Source: Octopus sinensis
Taxonomy: Eukaryota
Assembly: GCF_006345805.1 (NCBI RefSeq)
Contig: NC_043006.1
Location: 100,502,001-100,566,000, forward strand
Reading direction: 5' to 3'
DNA: 64,000 nt
This document shows positions 50,728 through 62,699 of the stretch, in pieces. How positions within the stretch are numbered: the stretch's first letter is position 1; the number at the start of each line of letters is the position of its first letter. Below the pieces are notes generated by a model. That model made no database searches, was not told the origin of the DNA, and saw nothing but the letters and a program-made list of their open reading frames with translations. Both the position numbers and the translations under genes were made by a program.

Positions 50728-51792
50728 CAGATATGAGAAGGTGCTATCAGTCGCAACCCCGTCTACCAGTCTCCCCCACCTACTGAAGTCATCACTATGT
50801 ATTTATGACCGCCATCTCTGACTCTCTACATCACTCTCTCTCTCCTCTCTCTCTCTCTCTCTTTCTCTCCACCCTACCACACCACACTGACCTCCCTGTT
50901 TTCTGATCAAATCTAGAAATTTATTATACTGCTCCTTTCCACACTTCCTATGCTGCCACTGATCATCTCATTGTTAAGATATTTCTTTTACCTTCCCCAC
51001 TACTGATACATACCACTGACCACACATCCACAGTTTTATACCAATCACAACATTAACCGCTAACCCTATCCCTAACCATTTGTCATTCTCCTCTCGTACT
51101 CCTCTGAACTTAACTACCCTCTGAATGGATCGACACTCCGTCAAGGAGTAAACTATATACGCCACAGAATCCAGGCAACCAGCCTTATGAACCTATAGCT
51201 CAGGAACGAGATTTGGTCCTTTGATCATACATTTTGTAAGTACGCTCTGATACCTCACCACCAACCTCTTTATGTTCGTCCAAGTTGCTACCACCCAGTC
51301 TTATATAAAGCGTGGTAGCGTTGTATCTTTTATATAGCAAGACTACTGTGCCTATACCTCTATTACACTTTAGCCTTACAGAACCTGGCATAAAGGCACC
51401 ATCCAATCACTAAACCCCAATTCTACTGAGTGCATTTCTGTTTCCTTGATTTGCAAGCATTATGATGACCTTAATATTGTTATTATGTCACGTAAAAAGC
51501 ATCCAGTACACTTCATATAATGGTAAGCATGAGGAAGGGAACCCTGTAGGAGAAACCATGCCTATGCAGACATAAAAAGTCAATGCAATCCTCCGGATCA
51601 TTGCATGCCATGTCAAAGCATAGAAGGCAGGTGTTAAATAATGACGATAGTGTTGATGGTATATATATATATATATATATATATACCGGAGTAAACACAT
51701 AATGTGAAACAAGGTGGAAAAAAGAGTACTCAAATACCAGTGGTAGGTAGAGTAATATGCTTAATTTAAAGCAACAGAAAATTCAACAAAAC

Positions 51793-51830
51793 CTGTTACT
51801 CTGAGTTTCCCGTTGCCGTTCATCGGACAA
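51793..51830 (-). ncRNA. Mirror-image hammerhead-like motif on the minus strand
   Basis: Same core as 51847-51884; stem I is UUGU/ACAG with one G-U pair. Confidence 0.5.
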
Positions 51831-51846
51831 TTTTTTCTAGCATAAA

Positions 51847-51884
51847 CTGTCCGATGAACGGCAACGGGAAACTCAGAGTAACAG
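51847..51884 (+). ncRNA. Minimal type I hammerhead ribozyme-like motif (U4C core variant)
   Basis: CUGU-CCGAUGA-A-CG-gcaa-CG-G-GAA-ACUC-a-GAGU-A-ACAG: stem I 4 bp, GNRA-capped stem II, stem III 4 bp, GUA triplet. Confidence 0.55.
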
Positions 51885-51915
51885 ATTTTGTTGAATTTTC
51901 TGCTGCTTTAAATAA

Positions 51916-53801
51916 AAAGAAGCCTGGGCTATAGACAACATAAAAATTAACCCCAGAGCTTTCTACAGGTATGACAAAGAAACAGCTACGGTGCACTGTA
52001 GGATAGGGCCACTCCTTGAAAAGGATGGCACACTCACAGGAAAACCAATGAGGGTAAGTGAAATACTGAATGAACAATTCAAGAGTGTTTTCACTCCACC
52101 CCTTGGGCATTTCCAAATCAGCAATCCAACTGACTTCGTTACCACTGCAGATATAGAATCAGAGGCGGCGACGATAAATTACATCGATATAAAGGAAGAC
52201 GATGTAATAAAGGCTATAGATGAAATGAAAATAGACTCAGCTATTGGCCCCGATGGATTCCCGGCAATCCTCCTAAAAGTATGTAAGAGAGTCTTAGCAA
52301 GACCACTGCAGTTCCTCTTTCAGAGCTTCCTTGCAGCTGGCAAACTTCCAAGGGGACTGAAGGAAGGTAAAATATGCCCTATTCATAAAGGAGGTAGCAG
52401 AGCGGAGGCCAAGAACTACAGACCTATCTCTCTGACCTCACACATCAGCAAGGTCATGGAACGAATAGTCAGAAGGAAACTAATCACCTTCCTTGAAGAA
52501 AATGACTTGCTGCCTGACACCCAACATGGTTTCCGACCAGGAAGAAGCTGCTTAACTCAGCTCCTGCAGCACTATGACTGGGTGCTGAAACAACTGCTCA
52601 ACCACTCAAATGTGGAAGTCATATATCTCGACTTCGCAAAGGCCTTCGATAAAGTCGATCATGGAATGATATGTCACAAACTGCGTGATCTTGGCATAGT
52701 TGGAAAACTAGGAGAATGGCTTTACGACTTTCTGAAGAATAGAAGTCAGGTGGTAGTAGCCAATGGGGCCACTTCCATTAACACGCAAATAGTGAGCGGT
52801 GTTCCACAGGGCACTGTTTTGGGACCACTACTGTTCATAATGGCCCTCTCAGACATGCCCTCAGCCACGCAGAGATCCACGATCACAAGTTATGCAGATG
52901 ATACAAAAGTTTCACAGGCAATACAGAACCCTGAGGACACTAAACACCTGCAATGTGAGCTGGACGAAATATACAAGTGGGCTGAAAAGAATAGCATGCA
53001 GTTCAATGCTGGAAAGTTTCAAGCTTTATACTATCAGCATGCAAAACTGAATGCAATACCCAATGAATACACTGGACCCGGAGGGATTGCAATCCCAGAG
53101 GCACAATCAGTGCGTGACCTGGGTATTCACATGAGTGATGACGCGACCTTTCATGTACATGTTGCTAAACTGACAATGAAATGTAGACGGCTGGCTGGAT
53201 GGATTCTTAGAACCTTTAGAACAAGAGAACAAGAAACCATGATGGTCCTCTGGAAGACACTTGTCCTAAGCCACTTTGACTATTGCTCTCAGCTATGGTC
53301 ACCATCCAGTGTCAAGTTAATCACAGAACTTGAGGCGATCCAACGAAGCTACACAAGAAGATAGCCTCTATGCAGAATGTAAGCTACTGGGAAAGACTCA
53401 AGAGATTAAAATTATATTCCCTGGAGCGTAGGCGGGAAAGATATGCCATAATATACATCTGGAAGATCCTGGAGGGAAGTGTCCTGAACTTTGGCATCGA
53501 GAGTTACGCAAATGCCAGAACTGGGCGCCACTGCGTGGTGCCTAGGACTCCAAACCTGCCATCAAGATGTAGGACAAGATTCTGTGATAGCCTGGGCTTC
53601 CGAGGCCCACAGCTCTTCAATATCCTCCCGAAGAACCTGAGAGACCTGCATGGGGTGGATACAGATGTCTTTAAAATGAAGCTGGATCTCTTCCTGTCAG
53701 GTGTCCCAGATGAACCAACTTCACGGCAGGAGGGGCAGATGAGGGCAGCTGCATCGAATTCTCTCATGCACCAAATAGCAGTTGCTAGAAAGCCTCCATG
53801 A
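51916..53801 (+). pseudogene. Reverse transcriptase (ORF2) of the CR1-type LINE, with one frameshift
   Basis: NYRPISLTS, QHGFRPGRSC, IYLDFAKAFDKV, GVPQGTVLGPLLF, YADDTK, RDLGI, WSP, then YWERLKRLKLYSLERRRER in the next frame. One added A near 53358 would join the frames (TRKIASMQN). No endonuclease domain present. Confidence 0.93.
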
Positions 53802-53894
53802 AGTGAAACCAAGTAGCAACACCAAATGGCGGTGCCCCAGCATGGCCACAGCTCATAAGCTGAAACTAGAATCAATCAATCAATCAATCAATCA

Positions 53895-53895
<1 letters not shown>
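51916..53895 (+). mobile_element. CR1-type non-LTR retrotransposon, 5'-truncated, with 3' UTR and (AATC)n tail
   Basis: Frame open from 51916; complete RT motif set; 3' stem-loop at 53849-53862; (AATC)n at about 53870-53895. Confidence 0.93.
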
Positions 53896-53985
<90 letters not shown>

Positions 53986-53987
<2 letters not shown>

Positions 53988-54142
53988 CACAATCAAGGAA
54001 CGGCCATAATAGGCCATTCACCCACTAGAAATAACAGCCAAAAGCTTCAACCGCAAATAACATCAATTATTTTGCGGTTGAAGCTTTTGGCTGTTATTTC
54101 TAGTGGGTGAATGGCCTATTATGGCCGTTCCTTGATTGTGAT
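53986..54142. repeat. 157-bp fold-back palindrome
   Basis: Arms 53986-54060 and 54067-54142 are complementary except for one extra T; loop CATCAA. Confidence 0.92.
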
Positions 54143-54245
54143 GTTGAACTTAAAAATGTTCTATTACTATTTAATTTTTTCCCACTAGGCCGCTGGTGGC
54201 AAAAAAAAAAAAATTCTACAAAATTTTTGGCACCCTATATTGATT

Positions 54246-54299
<54 letters not shown>

Positions 54300-54310
54300 A
54301 TATTTATATA

Positions 54311-54364
<54 letters not shown>

Positions 54365-55149
54365 ATGTATATATGTATATACAATAGGTTTCTGCACATT
54401 TTAAATTGACCAAGTTAATTGCAATGGCATCAGATGGGCTGGGACTATAGGCAGGGTGCGGCGTATTGGGACGAAACACAACACCACGTTCGTTGCACAC
54501 TGACATTCTCACATAGATACATGCACACACACACACACACCCGCCTACACATACACACGCAGATATGTATGTATGTATGCATGTATGTATGTATGTACCT
54601 AAGTATAAGCTTTTCCACCGGCAATCAGTTGCCGTAAAAAGTCTGACCTGGGAATTGTACTACGTTTTTGTTAATTGTTCTATATTGCTATGCAGTTGCG
54701 AGCAAATATAAACACTCTCTCAAATCTCTCACCTTTGACACAGACGAACTCCGAGGTAGTGAAACCTGAAGGCAAAGGTGGTTACACCAGCTGAGGCAGG
54801 GTATTCGTTTTCAGTGAAGCAAATGGTAGCCGCGTGAAATAATAATGCCTTTCTCAAGAATACATTGCACCACCCGCTCTAGAAACCGAAACCACGAACT
54901 TGCTATTGTGACGGAAACACCCCAACTACCAAATGACATAGATAAATTTATTTGCGTATATACACAGTGTGTTATTTCTCACTTTAAAAAATGCTTGTAC
55001 TTGTCTCTCACTTTTGCCTTGCAGATAAATAATTCGTAGCAGGTTATTGACAAAACTGGAGTCAAATAGTCCCGTTCAAGCGGTTAGGGTGTTCCATACC
55101 TCTGCAACGGAGAGACACAACTACTTCCACGGTAGACATGAGGCTGTGT

Positions 55150-55328
55150 TTTTGTCTGCGGTTACGTTCTGAGTTCAAATTCCGCCGAGGTCGACTTTGC
55201 CTTTCATCTTTTCGGGGTCGATTAAATAAGTACCAGTTACGCACTGGGGTCGATATAATCGACTTCATCCGTTTGTCTGTCCTTGTTTGTCCCCTCTGTG
55301 TTTAGCCCCTTGTGGGTAGTAAAAAATA
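55150..55328 (+). mobile_element. SINE family B, 5'-truncated, with a 19-bp TSD
   Basis: GGTAGACATGAGGCTGTGT at 55131-55149 and 55329-55347. Confidence 0.92.
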
Positions 55329-55772
55329 GGTAGACATGAGGCTGTGTCACATGTCAAATTGTTACGGAATCATTGATTTCTGACGAGGAAACTTCTTGAA
55401 TGCACGAACGGCGAACGTTTTATTGAAACCGTTGAAATGCGAGACATTTGTAACAAACAAAATGCCGTCACTTCCGAAGTTTTATGCGCTCAGTCGATGT
55501 AGTATAGGCAGAAAATATTGCGATTCACCGCCGGAACTCCGTCTTGGCTGCTGATGTTGTTACGTATGGTCGAAGTCGTTGCTTTCATTTATTCACAATA
55601 GATGACCAGGCATTTGCTTCTATTCCCTTTCTCTAAATATATTTGTCTATCAATTTATTTGTATTTCTTTCTATTTTATTTTGCTATTGCTAAACCGTCG
55701 TCGAATATTTAAAAGAAAGTGTAATGTACAAGTTTGTATGCGCGCGCATATATGTACATGCACACACATACA

Positions 55773-55788
55773 CAGATAGATAGATAGG

Positions 55789-55849
<61 letters not shown>

Positions 55850-55870
55850 TGATTGATTGATTGATTGATT

Positions 55871-55950
<80 letters not shown>
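55773..55950. repeat. (GATA)n with an internal (GATT)n block
   Basis: Direct reading. Confidence 0.95.
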
Positions 55951-55952
<2 letters not shown>

Positions 55953-56341
55953 TCTGAGTTAGGTTCCAGCGTGCTGGGAGACAGGTACTTTTGCTTGCGC
56001 TTGTCATCATGGCGTTTCAAAAATCCTGAGCTTGCGTCCGGTATTGATGTGGATCTCTTACCCCTGCTTGTCTCTGGATCATATCATTAGGGTGTAGAGG
56101 GTCAGTGAGATGTTATGCAAATCTTATTGGATCTAAAGTTTTACGTTGTACAATCACCGGTGAGGCGACTATTCGGTACCAGGCCACGTAGTAGGACACC
56201 GCGGCGAGTATGGCAGTTGCGAAGTCGAACCCGAGGGAAGCTGAGAGCTGATGCAATAACTTCATACGTGAACATTGCAGGTATTTTGTCAGGGCAATGT
56301 TCACTGATGGTGTTCACGAGTGGACAGCCGTCATCATCAAC

Positions 56342-56387
<46 letters not shown>

Positions 56388-56559
56388 TATGGTGGCTGCC
56401 CCCTCGTTATCGAGTATGGCTATTGTGCGAAGCTTAATCAATATTGTTATCGTGCAATGCCTGTGCAAGAAGATTGTTTTTATAGTGGAGAAAGGCTGTG
56501 CACAGAGTCAATCCCACTCACTAAGCAACAGCAGCCATAATCCGAAAAGAAGAACAAGT

Positions 56560-56945
56560 CAACCTCATCGGTAACCACTGAGCCGCAGGTTTTATGTCGG
56601 AGTTATCCCAGTTGCCTGAGTTACCTTCTCCTAGAAGGATGCCCTGACAAAGACTAGGAGTCCTTCAATCCCAATGGTTTAAACGCGCGATCGGGTATTC
56701 AGTCCGAGTATTTCTATGTCCCCGCACATGATACAGCCTTAAGACATTTATTGGATGGCCGTTGACTCTCAAGAGTTCCTCCACCCCTTGCCGGGTTTTG
56801 CTTTTCATCACGCAGGGTGTCCAATAAACACCCACCTCACCAAGCTTGCTTGGTGGGGTTGCCGGTTTAGTCGCTGACGACCTGACCATGCAACAGGTTG
56901 TACTGGGTTACATGTTAACAGTAGCACTCGAAAGTGACCTGACAG
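56560..56945 (-). mobile_element. Possible RTE-type 5' UTR remnant
   Basis: GC-richer block with CTAGGAGAAGGTAACTC on the minus strand, a motif I recall from RTE 5' UTRs. No ORF. Confidence 0.3.
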
Positions 56946-56947
56946 AA

Positions 56948-56978
<31 letters not shown>

Positions 56979-59869
56979 TACATACATACATGCATACATA
57001 CATACATACATACATATAATAATAATTTGACTCATTTCGATATGAATTAATGTTTCGTAAGGACAAATCTATTTCATCAGATGGTAGGCGGTGATGAGAT
57101 GGACGTGCCCTTCCCACTCTCGAAATTTTGGTCATACATAAATACATAAACACGCACACAGACACACACATATGTATGGATGGACGGATTGATGGATGGA
57201 GGAATCGAAGAATGTATGTATGTACGTCATATTGTTGTCGTCAACGTAGAACACATATATTTGCCAACTCAGGTTGCCCAAACAAGTTGAACAGCATTTC
57301 AGCCGTGATCATCCCGTCATGGGAGTACAACCACAGAAGTACAGAATCACATTATTTGAAATACCTTTTTTAAGCTTGTAGCCTTATATGTGAGGTTGAT
57401 TTCAATGTTACTATTTTGTAGGTCAACGTTCCTTGTTAGTTTGTATATATTTTCTATAATAAAGTGTTCCCTGATAAACCATGCAGAATGAGTATCCAAC
57501 TTAGCGCGGAACATCCAAGCAACCATAATGCTGAAACGTACGTAGGAACTAATAATAATATGCTCTTGCGGTTATCTTAATTTCTCCGACATTTGCTCTG
57601 TATTTCATAACTAGTAATACTACATATTGTACTTACTTAATAACTTTACCCGAATCAGACTGAGATATTATAATCCACGTGGAGCTCTAAATATAATAGT
57701 AACAGTCGTACATCTATTTGTACACACAAGATATATATATATATACTGCTTAATTTTCGCCTCGTCGAGAAGTCATCCGGTTCGAATTGCTCATTCTATT
57801 ATTTTCTCATTTGTGTTTATAGTCTTTACATCGTAATGTAGTTGTTTTTTCCTATTTCCCTGTTTATCTATCGATCTTGCATATTTTTTATTTCACTTTT
57901 TTTCTTTTGTTTATGTAATTTCTTTTACATCTGTATATATCTGCCCTTATCAAGTCGATTTAACCTTTTAGTTTTCCTAGGGACAAATGAAATGTGCACA
58001 ATCTGTGTTGGGAGTATTCTTTATGTGGAAGATAGGTTACGGAGTCTGTGCTGGGAGCAACAATTTATATTGGAATTCACCCTCATCTGACTACATACCA
58101 CATCATCCGCTCTACAAGAATTTCCATTTTAATTTCTCAGTCAGAATTGGAATGAAAGAACTGACATTTACAAAGATTATTGGCCTATCTTGTCAAAATA
58201 TTTGTTTGTCTTTGGTAATTTTAATAAATCAATTGAATTTCTGTTTTTTTTTTCTCTTTGAGAGAAATGTTCACTCGAATTTTTCTTCGATTTTTGTTCT
58301 TTTATTATTTTTAATATTTTATATATTCACTGTTTTTTTATATAATACAATTATTTTAAATTTATTTATTCATTTTCTTTTACAAATTTAGGAAGCGTTG
58401 AAAGAAATTTTGAGTGAAATATTTCATTCTATCAGCAATGAAACTGCTGCCAAACCAAAATCGATTCTCTCTTATCGTATATTGTAGTTGAACTTTCTAA
58501 GTACCCGACAAATTGTTAGAAATACGTACCCCGTTACACTTAAACTGTGACATATATAAAATATTTAGCCACGATGCATCTCTTAACAACCAACTGGAGC
58601 ATCTATGACGGCTTCCCTGAGGCTTGGCGTGCTGCACGAACTTGAGAATACATTTGACATGGTAGCAAGAGGCACTAACTTAAAATGTAAGTTTGCAGTA
58701 TCATGGAGTGCCCTTATCTGACCTAGGTTTATACTTCTCTCGTGTCTGCAGCTTCAGTATAGTTGAAAATAACCTCTCATGGCTTACTAGTAGCAGATGA
58801 GGTTAAATATGATCAACAGCTGTAATCAGCAGTTTATTCTAACTCTGGATCTAACGTAAGGGATAAACAGACACAAACCAACAGCGGGAATTTTACGTGA
58901 TAGTTATATTTCTTAGAAACAACCGCAGTATTTCTCTCAAGTAACATCCTATCGTCTTAAAGGAAATACATATTAAACAATACGGTACAGAATACATACG
59001 AAAGACTGTTCATGAATGGAATATTTCTTGATGATAGGCTTGCTTAATCATAACCGTTGAATAACGGTTAAAATCTGTTAGGAGCCATCCGACCCATGCC
59101 ATCCCGAATTCCATGCCATTGAAAGTACAAGACTTGCACCTGAATAGGAGACCTATTGTCGCCGCTTTTCACTTTCATCTTTGTGAAATGAAGCAAATTG
59201 AATTGAAAAGTCTCGTCTAAGGATGTAACGCGCGGTTCAAATTTGTGTATCGAGCTCATGAACTAAGAATCGTAAACCCAAAAGCCAAGCCACTACGCCA
59301 CGCAGATTCCCAATATATGATTTGAGGTTAAAGAAGAATAACAGCATAAACACCCAAATTTTTCTTTGGTCTATTTCTTCTGTTCTTTTAGTATTTCTTT
59401 GCATAAATGTATATATATTTCATATTTCATTCTATCAGCAATGAAACAAACACCCATTTCCTGGCATACAAAAGCTTTACAGGATATGCAATCAAAATAG
59501 TCTCAACCGATCGAATATCAATATTTCAATAGTAAAAACTACAAATAAATTTACTGAACGTCCCAAAATTACCTTCATAAAGAAATATTCATAAAAATAT
59601 GTAAAATAAGAATCGTTCACAACAATTTATCGGAAAACGTAGACACATTTTTATTAAAATTCTATGAACACCTTCACCTGGGTTCTATCTGTTGCACACA
59701 AATACATTGATACAATAAATCGTGGAAGATATAAAGATAATTTATGAACATCCTCTCCTAAGAGGAGTTCAAATGCTTCAGAAGTCGCTTATGAATCCTT
59801 AAAAATGTTTTAGCCCGAAAGCCGCGACCATGCTGGGACACCGCAGCGTTCTTAATATTGGTTTCACCT

Positions 59870-60080
59870 TTTTGGCACAAGGCCTACAATCTCGGGAGAG
59901 GGATAAGTCGATTGCATTGACCCCAGTACCCGACTGATATCTAATCTATCAATCACTCCCAAAAGAAGGACAGGCAAACTCGACCTCAGCGGAATTTGAA
60001 TTCAGAACGTAAAGATGGACGAAATGCCACTAAGCATTCTGCCCGGCGTGTAACGATTTTGCCAACTCGCCACCTTCTTA
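59870..60080 (-). mobile_element. SINE family B, degenerate
   Basis: GGCACAAGGCC...GGATAAGTCGATTGCATTGACCCCAGT...CGGAATTTGAATTCAGAACGTAAAG...CTCGCCACCTT. Confidence 0.8.
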
Positions 60081-61447
60081 GTATTAGTAAAATATGGTTA
60101 CCTTCACTTACTCTATTGATAATGTTTAAGACTGGACTAGGACCACGAAATTTGGACAAGGCGAGTAGATAATTAAATATGATTCCAGTATTTTATTTGT
60201 AGGTTTTTGTCTCATTCTCAATAGAAAGATGAAAGACAAGTCTGATTTGGAATAATTTGAACTGAAGAAAGTAACTAATCGTTTCAATTTACTATTTCCT
60301 TCCAAAACGATGGTCTTTTTAGACATCAGTTTCTGGGTATAAAACTGAAATAAGGAGATCATATATGAAAGACATTATTTTACATCTGATATATCGACAT
60401 TAATTTCTTCTATTAATTAAACAAATTAATAAGTTTATATTTTAGACGGAAATGATCTTATTTATGACAAGAATCAAATGGCTTCGTCTGATAAGAGTAG
60501 AAATTTAATGCAAAAGATTTGGTCTATCCCTCGATGCCACGCAAATTGAATACATGACCCACAATGTAGCTCAAGAACCTCAGATCCAACAAGGTATTAT
60601 GATTACAAAAGTAGCTGTGATGAGTAGTGAGAGCTCATCGTAAACTACTGCCAAGACTATTATAATGGACAGTCGTGGCGGGACTTCTCTTATGGCATTA
60701 CAGAATAACTTAAGACACTGACGATGAAAGGGAAGATATGATTGAGAAGAACTGTCACTTCTCCCGAAGCAAGCGTAAATAGTAAGTAGATAGATGATGG
60801 TGATGATAGCTGTGGTGTTGATGAGGGTGGTGATTGTTTTGTCGCCGAACTGATCATCATCACTATGATGATGATGACAACGACCGGAAACATTTCCCCT
60901 ACCACTACCACCACTGTCATCATCATCTACATCATCATGAACTCCAGAAACAGTGCCACCATCTAAATTTGCAAGGAACGTGCCCTCTCCAAATGTATAA
61001 ATTATTGATACAAAAGTGATTCCGGAGACACCACGGATGAGATGGGTTTGATGCAGTTCAGTTTCTTATCTAATCGTTATATATTTCCCGTATATCAGGT
61101 CCTTTTCATTTCCATAGATTAATAATACAGCTGCTGATTAACGTGAAATCTGAACCACAACTATATAAATGTTTACACGATGCGATCCACAAATGTACAT
61201 CCTTGGAAACGTAACTAAAACTCACTTTTAGCGGATTGCATTCGGAACGAAAATGATTGTAAATAACTACAGCATAAATTTTTGTCCGACAATCGGTCAT
61301 CTTCACAGTCACCTACTCTAAATGATTAATTATAAATTAAATTAGTGTAACAGTTAAACGAGAGGAGGAGGGCAGACAGAGAGAGATTAGCTACAAGATA
61401 AATGAGAGACAGTATGTATGCATTCATCCGAGTTTTTCGTTCTTATA

Positions 61448-61607
61448 GCCAGTGTGGTAAGTAGCTTGCTAAGCAACCACATGGTGTCAGGTTCAGTCTC
61501 ACTGCGTGGCATCTTGGGAAAGTGTCTTCTGCTATAGCCCCGGGCCGACCAATGCCTTGTGAGTGGATTTGGTAGACGGAAACTGAAAGAAGCCCGTCGT
61601 ATATATT

Positions 61608-61640
<33 letters not shown>

Positions 61641-61841
61641 TTGTCCCCCTAGCATTGCTTGACAACCGATGCTGGTGTGTTTACGTCCCCGTCACTTAGC
61701 GGTTCGGCAAAGGAGCCCAATAGAATAAGTACTGGGCTTACAAAGAATAAGTTCCGGACTCGATTTGCTCGACTAAAGGCGGTGCTCCGGCATGGCCGTA
61801 GTCAAATGACTGAAACAAGTAAAAGAGTAAAGAGGAAAGAG
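61448..61841 (+). mobile_element. SINE family A, near full length
   Basis: Aligns with 31887-32368 and 37564-37952. Confidence 0.9.
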
Positions 61842-62699
61842 TATATATTTGGTAAATAACCTTAAATCTCATCATCATAGAATTACATATGTTCGCCATA
61901 GTACTGTAAACGTTTCGTAATGATAAACGAATATCATTCATTTAGAGAGCACGTCTCTCTTCTTACTCTCACCCTACCTGATAGCATGTATCATATTATT
62001 AATCGTGTACATTGTACGTCTCAGAATTGACTTTACGAACGATTATTTCAAAACTGGGTCTCGTAATACTATGCTATTGATATGCATAAAAGCTACACTA
62101 TTTTGTTTAAAGATGTCGTGAATAAGAGCGCTACTAAGCTTAGTATTAGAAATATAATTTCCTAGTTCGAATTCTGTTCGATAATGTGAATATGTGCATA
62201 TATTCAGGAAGATGAAATCCGAAGACATCGCACTTCAAAACGGATTAAACTGTAGGATGGATGTATATATTAAATTTAAATCCCTCATAAGGATTCAGAT
62301 TTAAAAATGAGGGCCGAAAAATTACAATCACATTGACAACAACAATGGTCTAAGGCATATATTTAACATATAATCCACTCTTTCACTCTTTCTCTCTCTC
62401 TCTCTTTCTATATCTCTTTCCTCAATCATTAGTACGTTCGTTGTTACAATATACTAATGAAGTATTTTAAGTAACAATAAGGATCTATAAGTAATATTTT
62501 TGATACGTTTGCTTTTCTTCAAGTGGTAAAGGCCCGCGATCTTTAGGTTCATTTCCTACAGAGATTGTACGTTGTTGTAGCCTTGAAAAATGCATTTCCT
62601 TCAGAAAATGTATACGAAGCGGTTACTGATGCATTCCTCTTTCCCTCCAGCTCTCAGCCGTGGATGTTCCGTTGAGTTATGAGTGAGAAGGCTAAAATA

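Larger units (their letters stand above)
51684..51915. mobile_element. Palindromic Penelope-type terminal element with 65-bp inverted arms
   Basis: Arms 51765-51829 and 51848-51912 (2 mismatches), 18-nt spacer; abuts (TA)n on the left and the CR1 5' break on the right. Confidence 0.7.

Noticed and set aside
51053-51077. Telomere-like TAACC/TTAGG motifs (also near 5255 and 26615)
   Set aside because: Only 2-4 imperfect units; no array.
53504-53875. 123-aa minus-strand ORF
   Set aside because: Antisense shadow of the CR1 ORF2 C-terminus.
56810-56900. HDV-like ribozyme in the putative RTE 5' UTR (hairpin ACCAAG-caag-CTTGGT)
   Set aside because: Only a P4-like hairpin and a weak P3 are present; P1, P2 and the catalytic J4/2 C are not supported.
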